From NCBI RefSeq assembly GCF_030028105.1, contig NC_092385.1, positions 37,662,774 through 37,726,773 on the forward strand: a DNA stretch of 64,000 nt, read 5' to 3'. Source of the DNA: Mobula birostris. Lineage: Eukaryota. Below, one piece after another: positions 51,654 through 64,000 of the stretch. Under the pieces are notes generated by a model that had not been told where the DNA came from, ran no database searches, and saw nothing but the letters and a program-made list of their open reading frames with translations. The position numbers and the translations under genes were made by a program. The stretch's first letter is position 1; each line of letters opens with the position of its first letter.

Positions 51654-51795
51654 CACAAACCAACAACAGGAATTCTGCAGATGCTGGAAATTCAAGCAAC
51701 ACACATAAAAGTTGCTGGTGAATGCAGCAGGCCAGGCAGCATCTCTAGGAAGAGGTGCAGTCGACGTTTCAGGCCGAGACCCTTTGTCAGGACTG
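51654..51795 (-). mobile_element. Short Penelope-like terminal insert with a TSD
   Basis: Terminal repeat family as above; GTATATATA occurs at 51645-51653 and 51795-51803. Confidence 0.85.
51758..51795 (-). ncRNA. Minimal type I hammerhead ribozyme motif (core variant CUGACAA, probably impaired)
   Basis: The minus strand reads CAGTC-CTGACAA-AGGGTCTCGGCCT-GAAAC-GTC-GACTG: stem I CAGTC/GACTG, stem II, GAAA and a GUC cleavage triplet. This layout is known for Penelope-like elements. Confidence 0.7.
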
Positions 51796-53136
51796 TATAT
51801 ATATAGTTAATATAAAGAGACATATAGTCCAAATTCCAGTCTCTTTAGTGAAATTTCCCGAGGTAATAGATTGTAGGGAGACAGAACTGTTACCACTGAT
51901 TTTCTGTCTAAAGCTAATGTTTTCCTTATTGAAGAAACTAGTGGAAAAGGAGAAAGAGCCTGCAGTACAATCCTAAGGCTCTGACATCTTTTTAAAGGTA
52001 AAGATAATGCTTGGTTCAGTCCTGAAATGACAATTCCAGTGCTATTTTCAAGATACTTGACTGAAATTATACAGGACATGGAAATCCTTATGGATTTCAA
52101 TACCCTGTTATTGCTGAATGGGGGAAAAATGTCATTTTGTTTTAAAGTACAGTAGCTAGTTTAGTGAAGTACTGGTACCTGTAGATGATGGAAATTAACA
52201 TTATCGCTTACTTGCAGCTGCAGGGAAAAAACAGCAACAGCAAAAAGGTACACACCCTGTGGAGCTGTATTTGAAACTTCTAAAACTTAATGCAACAAAA
52301 CTTTCTACCACCCTTGAGGTCTATAAAATAGACCACCTACAATTACACTTTTTCTAAGAAAGGATGTATCAAGGTGAACTTCTCCATTAATCAGTTTGCC
52401 ACCTCTGAATGAAATCCTTGACTAACAGTATATGTGCAAAAGCTAACAAATTTGCAACTTTTCCAAGGACAACCAGAGAAAAGTGGGAATAGCTCTGCAT
52501 GCTGCATATATTGGAAGGTTCCCATGAGTGTGGGGTGTTATTGACTGCATCCAAACAACATCAAGGCCAATGAACCAGCAACCTTCATGATACAAAGAGG
52601 TTTTCACTCCATTAATGTTCAGCAGGTGCATGCAAGATTGGCATTAGGGAATCATATAGATCTATTGTCAGTTTCTTTGCAGTTTATAATTATGCCTTGA
52701 AACCATGCCAGACCTATATTCTACCCAGACCCAGCACAGATGTCAAAGGCTGGCTGCTAGGCAACAACTGCTGTCCCCTTCACACCTGGCTAAAGATACC
52801 CTTCCAACAACCACACTCTACCATCACTGAGCAGAGCACTGCGATGCTCAAACGATATTTCTACTGACAAGAGACCCGAGAATTTCCTATAACATAGCCT
52901 GGACAGAAAAGCATACTGCCTTTAAGCTTGGCCAATGGGTGTTATCTGGGGGATGTCCACTGAAAATGAAAATCACATTCATCTTATGTTACTACATTAG
53001 AAGGTGCATTTTACTTTACATATTCCCCACCTTAACCTAGACAATATGCAGAGTTTCAATGGCTTCATTCAATTACTACTGGCAGATGAATCAAGAATCC
53101 TATCATTCTTTAAGACTTTAATGCATCACTAAGAGA

Positions 53137-53260
53137 ATATATGTGTGTATTTATGTTCTATATATATATATACACACACACACATATATATACACATACA
53201 CACACACACAAATGTAAATACACATACATAAACTTATACAGTACATATACCGTATAAATC
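53137..53260. repeat. Compound (TA)n/(CA)n microsatellite
   Basis: Direct reading. Confidence 0.9.
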
Positions 53261-53974
53261 ATACTTCACAGATTACTATTTTTAAATTGGCAATTTTCAA
53301 CTGTAGATCATTATCCTCTTGGAAATCAAGGATTACTGAAGTGACAAGACTTGTATTCATATCTACGTCTTTTGCTAATAACTACATTGAAAATATAATT
53401 TATGGGTTTATAATTTTCTTGAAGAAAAATTTATGTCCTTTTCATTTATATATCTATGTCCCATTACCAACAGGACAAGGATTTAGAAGGCAATTCTATT
53501 TAATGTTCATGGAATCAAAAATAGTCAAATATTGCATTTTTAACAATGAATATTCAGTAGTTTGAGTTAATGCTGGTGTAATTAACAAAAGCAGTGTAGT
53601 TTGTAAAATATCTTGTAACAAGTCTGACATATCTGCATTTTCCAGCTCTGTATCAACAGTAATGGCATTTAAGGTACTGAGCACCTCAATTATGTTATAG
53701 GTTATTATAAAACAGAGCACACTGGCACTATTCACAATACTGAAACAACCTTACAGAAAATCTGCATAGCTTAAAAAGGAACATAATGCACAAACATTCA
53801 GCACATATATACAGACAAGAAAGGAGTAGCTTCTGAAATGTCATATGCAAAAGAAATCCTGCATTAACATTGTTTAAACAGATGAGGCAAAAGAGGCTGT
53901 GCAAATGCAAGTAGCAGGGTATGGTACAGCAAATAAATATCCTTAAGGAAATAACCTTCCCGGAGAAAGAAATG

Positions 53975-54865
53975 TGTCCCAGGTCAGTGGCACCATGGTA
54001 GGTCTGAGGCTCAGCAAGGAAGGGTAAAGTCAGGCAGAGCCATAACAACAGGAAACTTGATTATTAGGGGGATAGACAGGAGATTCTTTGGCTGTGAAAG
54101 AGACGCCAGGATGACGTGTTGCTTCCCAGGTGCCAAGGTCACAAATGTCTCAGAGTGGCTGCAGAGCATTCTCAATGGGAAGGATGAGCAGCCAAATGTA
54201 GTGCACTTTGGCACCAGAGACATAGGTAGAAAGAAGGACAAGGTCCTGTAGATTTGAGAATTGGAAGTTTGGAAAGAGGCTGAAAAGCAGGACCTTGAAG
54301 GTAGGTTTCTGCGGATTACTTCTGGTGCCACATGCTATTCAGGGCAGGAATAGAAAGAACAGGTGAAGGTGTGGCTGAGAAATGAGAGCAGTGTTTTCAG
54401 GCGCTTGGATCATTGGAATATCTTCTAGGACAGAGGCTGCTTGTACCTTAACTGGAGGGGATGAAATACCCCAGCTGAGAGTTTCATAGTGCTATTCGGA
54501 AGAGTTTAAACTAGTTTGGCAGGGGAATGGGGACAAGAGCACTAGGTCAGAAAGTGGAGGATTCAGAGGAAGGTAAAGGACATGACCAGTAAGAACAAGC
54601 ACAAGCAAGGGGCAGATGGGTTAAAGTGTGTGTACTTTAATGCTGGGAGTATTATGAGTATTATATGTAAGGGTAGTGGTGCAGAAAAAAATTGTAAGAG
54701 GCACTCAAGAGGCTCTTGGTTAGGCACATGAATACAGGAAATGGAAGGCCATTGTACAGACAGAAGGCATTTGTTTAGATGGGCATATGATTACTAATTT
54801 AGTTTAGCACGACATTGTATGCCAAAGGGTCTGTTCCTGTTTGTACAGCTCCATGTTCTATGATT
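53975..54865 (+). mobile_element. Internally deleted CR1: ORF1 esterase region joined to the 3' end
   Basis: ORF 54057-54251 RGIDRRFFG...CCFPGAKV...VVHFGTRDIG (SGNH-like); ORF2 start LKCVYFNAGSI at ~54620; then the CR1 terminal region and tail. Confidence 0.8.
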
Positions 54866-55754
54866 TCATAAGCAATACTACACATGACTGTTTGAGTCAG
54901 AGTACAAAAGTAGTGGCTGCTATCAAATGAAATACTCGAATAATTCTAAGAAACAAACTGGATATATTGAGGGTGATTCTGAAGGACACCTGCGTCAACA
55001 AATATGTGGAAGTTACCCAGACCACCTTATGAGTGTTCTTTTAATCATGTCTGTTTAAGATTTGCATGGTTTATATTTATGTATTTATTTATTTACCAGG
55101 CATATACTCTATATATACAGTATATAGATTCTGTTAAACCAAATGTGACATGTTGGATGATAATTATATTAGTGTAATATGCTTTTATAGATATATTACC
55201 TTTACTCTGCTAATGAGTGAATAAATTGACATTTTCGGCTAACTTTTCATGGAGATTTTCCCACTAATTTTGGTAAATGGAACAATTAACCCATAAATAT
55301 CCTATTTGCGCTCTTAAACAAGATGAGATAAAGAGATTATTACACATAAATTATTGAAGAGGGGATGGAGAGAGAATTTTAAGAGATTTCACAGTAAAAT
55401 TTAAAATCTTGAAAGCTTAAAATAAGCAGTAAAATGTAGCAGGTTTAAAGCAAGTAATAAAAGCAAAAGAACAAGTCATATATTCGGTAATGATAAACTA
55501 GAATGTATGACCTGATGTTCTTCATTTTGGTAAAGTCACGAACTACTAAGTCTCTAACCACCATCTTGGATGATTCTTAAGATTGTGAGATTCTTAACAA
55601 CTGAAGGCACTACCTTAATGAAATCGACATGTCCTCTGTTGGTTCCAAATGGCTTCTGGAAACAATTTGATAATAACAATGAAAAGGAAACTGGATTTAA
55701 AAAAAAAATGAAAATTGCAAGGCTGGGGGAAGCACAGGAGTCAGTTGTACAATA

Positions 55755-56170
55755 TGTACAACACAGAAACAAGCCCTTCAGCACAACTTGTCCATGCCAT
55801 CCATGTTGTCAATCTGAGCAAGTCCCATCTTCCTAGGTTCAACTCATATTCCTCTATGCATTTTCCATCTATGTACTTGTCCAAATATCTTTTAAACATT
55901 GTAATTGTTCCCAACTCTCTTAACTTCCTCTGGCAGCTCGCTCCATATATGTCCCTCTTTGTGTGGAACAAGTTACTCCTCAGATCCTTTTTAAACATTT
56001 TCCCTCTCACCTTAACTCAGTGCCATCTAGTTTTAAGACTTCCCTATCCTGAGGAAAAAGGATGTGACCATCTATCTTCTCTACATGCCCCATGATTTTT
56101 AGATACCTCTTGTAAGGACAATTCCTATATCCAAAGAACATCTTATGCTCAGGATAAATGTCGCAGCCAG
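55755..56170 (-). mobile_element. CR1 LINE 3' fragment
   Basis: ORF 55741-56010 FKKDLRSNLFHTK...TMFKRYLDKY. Confidence 0.8.
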
Positions 56171-57077
56171 TAAGCCTTGGAAATCTCTTCAAGTCACTAA
56201 TTTACGATGCAATCACGTGCTAACACTGTTCCTTTAACCAGAAATGCAAATAGCAGTAGGGCACATCAAAACCAACAAGCAAAATTGCCCAAAGTACAGC
56301 AAGGGATGTATTAAATATAACGCAATCTTATTAGTTATGTTTTGCTGTTAACAGGTGTGGAGGGCATCATCAATTCTTCAAAGGAGACCTAGTGCAAATG
56401 TAAAAATAATGTAACTATGCCCTGATTGGACTGTATAATCCACTGTAGTGCATCATAATCTGTCTTATGCTATCATGGTTCACACTATTCATCCTGCTGT
56501 CCTCATTGAGTTATTGTAAATGACAGTGTTATCTCATATTATGCCCATCACTGGTAATTTACACAATTTATTATTGTATATTGTAAGATGTGATATTCCC
56601 TTCTATCCCTTTGCAAAAGGATAATTACTTTGTTCAAGATGTTCTGGTAAATGTTTTAGTGTTTTCCATTGTTTACATTTGTTGAATTAAAAAAATGTTT
56701 TATGATAGATACCACTTCTAATATTTTAAAAGTTTCTAAACAAGGAAGACAAAAAGTGTTTTTTTTAATTGTTCCATAGCTTTTGACAGGAGGTGAGGCC
56801 CCAGCCTCAGCTCTTCTCGTAGCTGTCAGGGAATTCCAAGAGGAGGCACTTGATGACTTGCCACTTTGGTACAGGGTGCAGAAGGTCAGTGAGATAGGGC
56901 TTTCCTGCCTGGCTCAGGTTATGTGTGGACAGGCAGGAACCAAGGGCTGTGATTCCAGACAGCACAGAATGCTTAGCATGACTGTGCTTAAGGGTGGAAA
57001 ATTGAAGGATAAATATTTACTGCTATTCATAAAGAAAAAAAACTGGCTATTAAGAGATTTGCTCATCTGCAAAATCT

Positions 57078-57362
57078 TTTATTTTATTTAGAGATACAGC
57101 ATGAACAGGCCCTTCTAGCCCAACAAGCCGCATCACCCAGCAATCCACCTACTAACACAAGCCTAATCACAGGACAATATACAATGACCAGTTAACCTAC
57201 CAACCAGTGCATCTTTGGGCTGTGGGAGGAAGCTGGAGCACCTGGAGGAAACTCATGCAGTCATGGGAAGAACGTACAAACTCCTTAAGGATGGCACCAG
57301 AATTGAACTCGGATGCTCTGAGCAGTAATAACATCATGCTAACTGATAGACTCATGGCGCCC
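57078..57362 (-). mobile_element. Full-length tRNA-derived SINE (V-SINE/HE1-like)
   Basis: B-box GAGTTCAATTC; central GTTTGTACGTTCTTCCC...TTTCCTCCAGGTGCTCCAGCTTCCTCCCAC domain; CR1-like tail ending in (TAAAA)n. Confidence 0.8.
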
Positions 57363-60300
57363 TAACAGAAATTCCAGTGCACAACAATTTTTGAGTAAAT
57401 CTGCCAGATATTTTTCAAATTTCTGCAGACTCATTGAGCTTTCTACTATATAGCCATAAGCACAAGCCAGCATTGTGGAAATAGCAAGGTAAAATAACAC
57501 TGGTGAAACACAGCTTTCATTTGGCACAATTTCCTATCTTAATTTTACTAATGTGTTTTTGTCATAAATACCACAGGATATTTTAATTATAGCCTGTGGG
57601 TTGACAATGTAACAAAATTAGGCCCAAGAGAAGGTTAAGTGGTGTAACCACATACACAAAAATAAAACTAATGTATTTTATTTCCATGCATGTTACATAA
57701 TATACGTTAGGACATTATCCACTCCAGTGAGATCCTCTGAGTAATTCCTTGACAAGATCTTTAAACTAGTAATTCAATTTTTCATTTTTCTTACAGTTTT
57801 TAGCCTGTCAAAAACCAAGCCTGGTGGAACAAATCATACATTCTAAATTCAACTCCGCCTAAGCTTAGGAAATAATTTTGCCCCCAAATTCTTCCTGCTT
57901 CTATTGAATGGCAACAGATATTCCATGCAGAAGTTCATCTAACTTTCCATTGCTTTAATTATCACTCCTTGACTCTAGATTGCAACACTAACTGCTAGCA
58001 CCTGTATGGAACTCTTACTAATTTGTCATTATTTCCTATTGCTATTTATAGTAATTACAGAATGCAGTGCTAACTATTAAAGCCACAATGCTAGTTATAC
58101 TAGCATATACATTTAGGGGATTATGTTAATCTTCCGTACATTCTCCATAAGATGATATTAATATAAAATAATGAAGGAGTAATTATGACATTCTATTTTC
58201 ATATTAGTTATCATCTTCCTTTTATTTGGCTCCATTCTTCTAACACCATCTATCCTCAACTAATATTGAAATAAGCGTCTCTGGAATAAAGGATGGAAAT
58301 TTATTTACTTTTTTTTTGTACAGGGGGTGAACCTGCAAACGAGGAGTTCAAGACTTCACAGGTAAAGACTTCTCATGAACTCGGCCCTAAACACCAAAAG
58401 TTCTCAAAGTCAAAGTTATGCATATCTGCTACACAATGTTGGATAACACTTGGAAGCAAACATTATTAATATTCTTAACTCTCAAATTTCACTGAAACAC
58501 TCAATAATGATTACATCTAATGGTCTTACAGATCTTAGAGGTGAATGCCAATTGGTCCTCTAGATAACATTTTGTGGCCTTAATTGTTAAGTTGGGGACT
58601 TTGCAATATTGCTCAAAAGCCCTCATGCTTCACCCTTGACTAAAATAATCTCCATGAGCAATTATGAGGGCACAACCTGTCTGTTGCAGAACAGAGGAAA
58701 AAGAGGAAAAGGAGAAAGGGGGAGAGGGCAATAAGTAGAGGCCTTTTCAAATGCTTAGCCAGGCCACAGTATAATATCCCGAATTTTCCTAGCAGGCTAC
58801 TTCGTTACCTAAGGGAACATACAGAGCAGCAGTTCATGACCAAATGCCACATGATCTTGCCTCTATTTGATTTTGAAATCTGTTGCAAATGGTCAGTGCA
58901 CTATAGCATGTGACCATTGTTCCAGGTGGATGTCTGATCATCTTTCCTTGGCAACAGTGCTACTATAACCCAATCTTACCACAGGTTTACTTCCTGAGTA
59001 ACAAAATACATCAATCAAGTGTTTAATCAAAGCAGCTGTAAAAGTATGAAGGAAGCTAAGTGTGGTGCAGCAAGGGACTTCATGAAGCATTCCACCACGG
59101 AGGAGGTTCAAGTCAGGGTGGTGGAAGACATTCTCTTTGCTGCACAGACACATAAAAATACTCTCTCATTCAGCATAAACTACCAACTCCACTGTCATTG
59201 CATGAGTCACCCTGGTCTTTTTTTGCAGGTCAAAACCACTGCAATTTCTATGAACATTGCTCACGGTCCCGTTGAGCTAGGTATCATCAACTACTAAAGC
59301 TTCCCATCTGAAAGACTGAATGAGAGTTTCCATCTAGATACAATGCATCTACAAGGTATGGTAAGTCATCTGACTAGCTGGAGTTATGTCTATTTCCTGA
59401 CCGCAGCTCCAAATTTCATTGCATTGGAGCTGCCTTCACAACAGTAATGTCAATATTGCCACAATGCAAATGATGAGATAGATGACGGAACACCTCACCA
59501 TCCAGAATAACATGTAGGTTGACCTCTCAGTAATGCACAACTCCCATTGAGATTTTTTCCAATTTGGTTTTTGGGATTCTGATGTCACCGACAAGGTGAT
59601 AAATACCCTCTAAAATGAGATGAAAACTGTCAACTTAAACCACTACAGTCGTTCTGGCAAAGGTACTCCCCTAGAGTTGTTAGAGAGGGAGATTAGGTTA
59701 AGTGGTGATGACAGAATGACAGGACACTTCCAAATCAGGATGGTATACAACTTCCTATTTGACTCCTGCTCTTGTCTAACTATTTGTGGAAGAGGCAGAG
59801 GTGGTCTGGGTTAGGAATTACAGTGGATTTTCTAAATAGTACACAATGTGGTAGAGTAAATTAATGTTTAGGGTGGTGAACCGAATATTAGTCTTCTCTG
59901 CCTAGTTAGTGTAGTGCAGCCTAAATTGTTGTTAGAGCTGCACTAATCCAGCCAAGTGGACCATACTCCATGACCTCCTAAGTTGTATCACATTGGTGAT
60001 GGAAAAACTCAGGCATTGCAGGTGACTCACTTGCCTCAATACACTCATATTGTAGCTTAGGCTGTTGATGGCAATGCCAGTGGATGCCATGGACAGGTAA
60101 TTACTTGCCATCTGTCAGCCATGTTTGAATGCTGTTAAGGTCTTTTTGCATGCATGCGTGGTCTGCCTCGTTTGCTGAGGACCTGCCGATGGAACTACAC
60201 TTTGAACGAAGATCAACACAAATAAAAGACTTAGGTTGCAATAGTGAAGTCACTATCCCTTATCTCTCATTTCTTGTCCATCAGTGTTCCCTTCATTGCA

Positions 60301-61993
60301 AACTGTAAAAGCCAGATCAAGCGAATCAGCAGACGCAATGTCTCTACGCCGCACCAAAACCACACAGTCATTGAAAAGTCACTCCAGAGCTTCCTTTCCC
60401 TCGTTTCCTTAACCTGGTGCAGATTTCTCCCTGAGAAAGAAGTAAATTACAGACCACCATGGAAGGTAAGTGCAAGAATCTTTGGATCTAGAGGGTCAAA
60501 TCTTGGACTGGACTGCTTTGCCGGGAGTAGAGGCAGTCTGCACTATCTGGCAGATAAGCACATGTGAAGGCATTGTCAGGGTCTCTGGTGGAAATACAGA
60601 TACTGTCTTGCTGTAAGGAGTAAGCAAATTCCTACTCAACTGAGCCACAGACAGCTTGCTTGTTAAGTGATGGAGGCATAGCATTGCTAAATGATGATTA
60701 GCTAATTCATGGATATTCACTGTTAATATGTGCTGACGTGGACAGAACATTATGACTGGCACTTCATAAGCATGCTGTATTCATGAATATCACACCTTAA
60801 CAGCAATGATTGAAACTGGCATGCAGATTTGTACAATGACATTTCAGCACATTTCTACGTGTAAGTGAATTTCCAGGTGACTATAGCCAGTGTCACCAGC
60901 CTTTGTGAATGTATTTTACTGATGAAGGCATTTATTCATGGGCTAGCAAGCTCGATGTTCAGATGACTGCACAAACACAAGCAGTTTGGTGGCAATAGTA
61001 TGAAGGCTGCATTTACACAACTATCAGTGGATACCCGTGTTGCTGCACGGCAGATTGTAGCAAGAAACACATTTATGCACCACCCTCCGAGAGACATCCT
61101 GCAGGCCAGATCCAGCGGGGGTATGACTGGCATCCCACACCAACCTACTCATTCCATCGAAACCATTAGATGAGTTCCACAGTCTTAGCATTGCCTTTAA
61201 CTAAAAAAATGGTACAGTTTCACTTCAAAGCCTATCAACTTGCTGAATCTAAAAAAAAATGCAACAAACAGAAATTGATGCTTACTTGTATTGTCAGCCT
61301 GAGTAGAACAAGTTTTATCAGTTTTTAAGTAGTGTAAACAGCTTATGTAAGGGGAAATGTAGCAAGGCTTGACCTGCGATCTCTCATGGCATGGGGTCTA
61401 TTCATATCCAAGACACAAGTAATCACAGCATATTTGGTGCAGAATAAGCCTCTACTTGGTCTGAAAGTGCTTGAATAAAACCAGACAGGTGAAAAGGAAC
61501 TTATACATCTATATACAAAAAAAAATCCCCACTGAATGAAACTGATTTCAGAAAACAGGAAATATGATAATGAAAACAGAGGCTGAGCAGAATGCACACT
61601 GTCTTCATGTTTCCTCCACAGCCAGTAACAATAGGGGGTCATGTGACACACCATCCCATCATTCAGTCATTAATAGTTGTGCTGGAGTAATTACACTTAC
61701 GGTTCTTTTGCCTCGGGCAAACTTTTGAAATAAGATAGTTGAAATTATGATACCACTGATAAATATTAATAAGTGAACTTTTAATTTTTGCCACAGTATT
61801 CCAAATGCGAAACAACCAGCTAATGCTCCAGTGACTTACAATGCGTTTGCCTTGGGGCTTTAATGCTTTCTGCACTTAAAAAGTTTTAAAGAAATTAAAT
61901 TTTAATATCTAATTAGTGAACGAGTCATTGTGCAGTGAGCAAGAGGTCTGGGTATTGTGGACTTCGCAGACTGAAAGCATTTGTTGATCTTAC

Positions 61994-62063
61994 CTGTAAA
62001 GCAGCATTAAGTGGTGATCCATACGCAAGGCTGGTCTGTATATTTTTTATAATAGATGGATTG
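61994..62063 (-). CDS. FOXP1: FOXP1 coding exon (third from last), 70 bp: xNPSIIKNIQTSLAYGSPLNAALQ
   Basis: The minus strand has a polypyrimidine tract plus TATACAG acceptor and a CAG|GTAAG donor. The translation matches the post-forkhead FOXP1 segment (human [23 protein letters not shown], recalled). The exon ends in phase 0, matching the next exon. Confidence 0.95.
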
Positions 62064-63384
62064 CTGTATAAGAAAAAAAGATAATATTCACAATTCACCA
62101 TGAGGAAATAGATGACATAAAGCAGATGTTAGCCTGTTTGGCTCCATGCTACTAACAGCAAAAAAATCACTTTTAAATTGGTCTCAATTGAGGAACACCT
62201 GTAACTGACTCTGGCTTCTTTTTACACTGATTTATTTGAAGACTGTTACATGTAAGCTTTTTGGGGTTCTTTAATTGCATGATTTAAAACCAATTTTAAA
62301 GTTTTTTTTAAAAAGGGAACTACAAAGTGTATTAATTTATATTATTTGGACAATATTCTGCAAATCAAGTTATCTCTATATATCTTTGCTATAGACACAG
62401 AACAAAATCCTATTTAATCACCATATAATCTGATTGAAAGTAAGCTGTCAATGTGAAGCAGCATTATATTCAAATGCATACAAGACAAAGTAAAAGGAGC
62501 TGAGGTATGCAATTTTATTAGGATGTCCTACTGATAATATTCAATACATTGTACAGATCTTGCAACTATCCAAAAAGTTTGGAGATGATGGATTATAAAT
62601 TATTATGTCTTAAGTTTTAAGATGCTGGATGCTTTTTTTTATTACGTTTAAAGGATACAAGATGGAGCCCCCTTATTATCTCAGCCTCTTTGGCAACCAA
62701 ATTAATAAGATTAAGGAGGGTATTATATTAACCAGACATAAAAGTGAAATGAGAATAGTTATATTGAAAATGAGAAAGGATATGCTAAAAATGAGAAAGA
62801 ATACTGCAAGAAACAGTTATTAAACAGGTGAGCCATTGCAAGAGAAGATGACTGGCAGGAAATAAATTCAATTTAAATGATATTTTGATGTACGCAGGAA
62901 AGGGATAATAAAGATTAGCATGACAAATTGAGGAGGGCAGTGGCAGTTGAGGCTCAGAATTTATATTTAGACTATTATCATTGCATAAAAGTAAAACTTT
63001 GCAATTTTAGCTGGAAGGTACAGTAAGGGTACATACATAAGTATATTTCCTATGATTCTGATCCGTTGCTGATTTTTTACCACATTTCAAGGATATTATT
63101 CCTTGTAACATACCACATGTCAATATAAAATTTACTACTTCTAAAATGAAAATGTAAATATGTAATTGTTCTACAGTTGTTTACAGAATTAATTTTATGA
63201 ATGTGCCGATTTTTCTATAAAAGATAAAAAGTCCCCTTAATTATTTTAATGATAAACTGCATTTGCACCCTTTGCATCCAGATGTTGCTCTTTTTATAGA
63301 AACCAATAGAAATTTGGCAAGACCTACATAACTAATCATAAATCTAAATCAGACATTTAGCTGCACAGGAAAAGGGAGACAGGT

Positions 63385-63572
63385 AGAAAAAAATATAGGA
63401 AATGCTCAGCAGGTCAGTGCACACCTGTAGGAAAAGGAACAGATAACACTTTGGGTCAATTTGAAAGAAGAGTTCTTTTGCTTAGAAAACAGTAGATGTG
63501 GAATTAGGGTTATTCCTTCCTATAAATGCTGTTTGACCTGCTGAGTTCTTCAAGTATTTTTTGTGTGTTCAT
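63385..63572. mobile_element. Old inverted pair of Penelope-like termini
   Basis: CTCAGCAGGTCA (63405-63416) and TGACCTGCTGAG (63534-63545) are exact reverse complements. Confidence 0.6.
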
Positions 63573-64000
63573 CTGAAATTAGGCATATTATAAATGGGTG
63601 AAGAATATTTCTTATCAGCATCTTTGTTGGAGGTGGTAAGGTTTTCAAGTAATTGTCATAATGGAATTTGATAGCTTTGAAGTCTCAAGAGTAAAGTGCT
63701 CCAAAACTTAGCAGAATGGGTAAGCTGCTTCATATTTCAAAGATCTAGGATGAGTGAATTACATGTGGCCTGGTAGCAAAGATCTTCGTGAACATAATCT
63801 GTTTACCTGGACCCTAAAGATTTGTTTTGCATCTGTATTAATATCTAACATCAGCCACAATAAACAAATCAGGGATTCATTTAGGACCTTGCCTGACTGG
63901 TACATCGTATCATTTATCTATTACCAAAAGACCAGCATATTAGTTTGTTTAATATGATGAATAAGGATAAAAAATTATGGTAATAAGGTGGCTCCATTCA

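Noticed and set aside
58830-60250. Possible very old LINE remnant
   Set aside because: It looks repeat-like, but no diagnostic motif could be read, so it was not annotated.
61282-61545. Possible cassette exon (GTAAGC donor near 61285, acceptors near 61531 and 61541)
   Set aside because: No FoxP-like peptide and only generic splice motifs; it would need RNA evidence.
38279-62063. Calling the gene FOXP2 or FOXP4
   Set aside because: [17 protein letters not shown], [20 protein letters not shown] and NEDME* fit FOXP1.

Overview
This is AT-rich vertebrate genomic DNA, not prokaryotic. The repeat complement (CR1, Rex1/Babar, Penelope-like elements, V-SINE/HE1-type SINE, Tc1) points to a cartilaginous fish, probably a ray; this is an inference. 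The only host gene is the 3' end of FOXP1 on the minus strand. It has three coding exons (61994-62063, 46923-47089, 38279-38423) with canonical GT-AG splice sites and matching phases, followed by a long transposon-free 3' UTR carrying miR-9, miR-34, miR-1/206, let-7 and Pumilio motifs. The forkhead exons lie beyond the right edge of the window. Positions ~1-33 kb are downstream intergenic DNA with deeply nested decayed retroelements and a few candidate enhancers. The most notable observations are: (i) Penelope-derived minimal hammerhead ribozyme motifs, several in short inserts that end at the ribozyme stem, one sense-oriented inside a FOXP1 intron; (ii) a consensus internal 5' splice site in the penultimate FOXP1 exon that would give an isoform lacking the SUMO site and acidic tail; (iii) a composite transposon-like unit built from palindromic mini-MITE ends plus captured cargo, invaded by a Tc1; (iv) a foldback mariner-type MITE with nested terminal repeats. 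No intact transposon ORF and no wholly new protein-coding system is supported. Repeat boundaries without a stated TSD or TIR are approximate.
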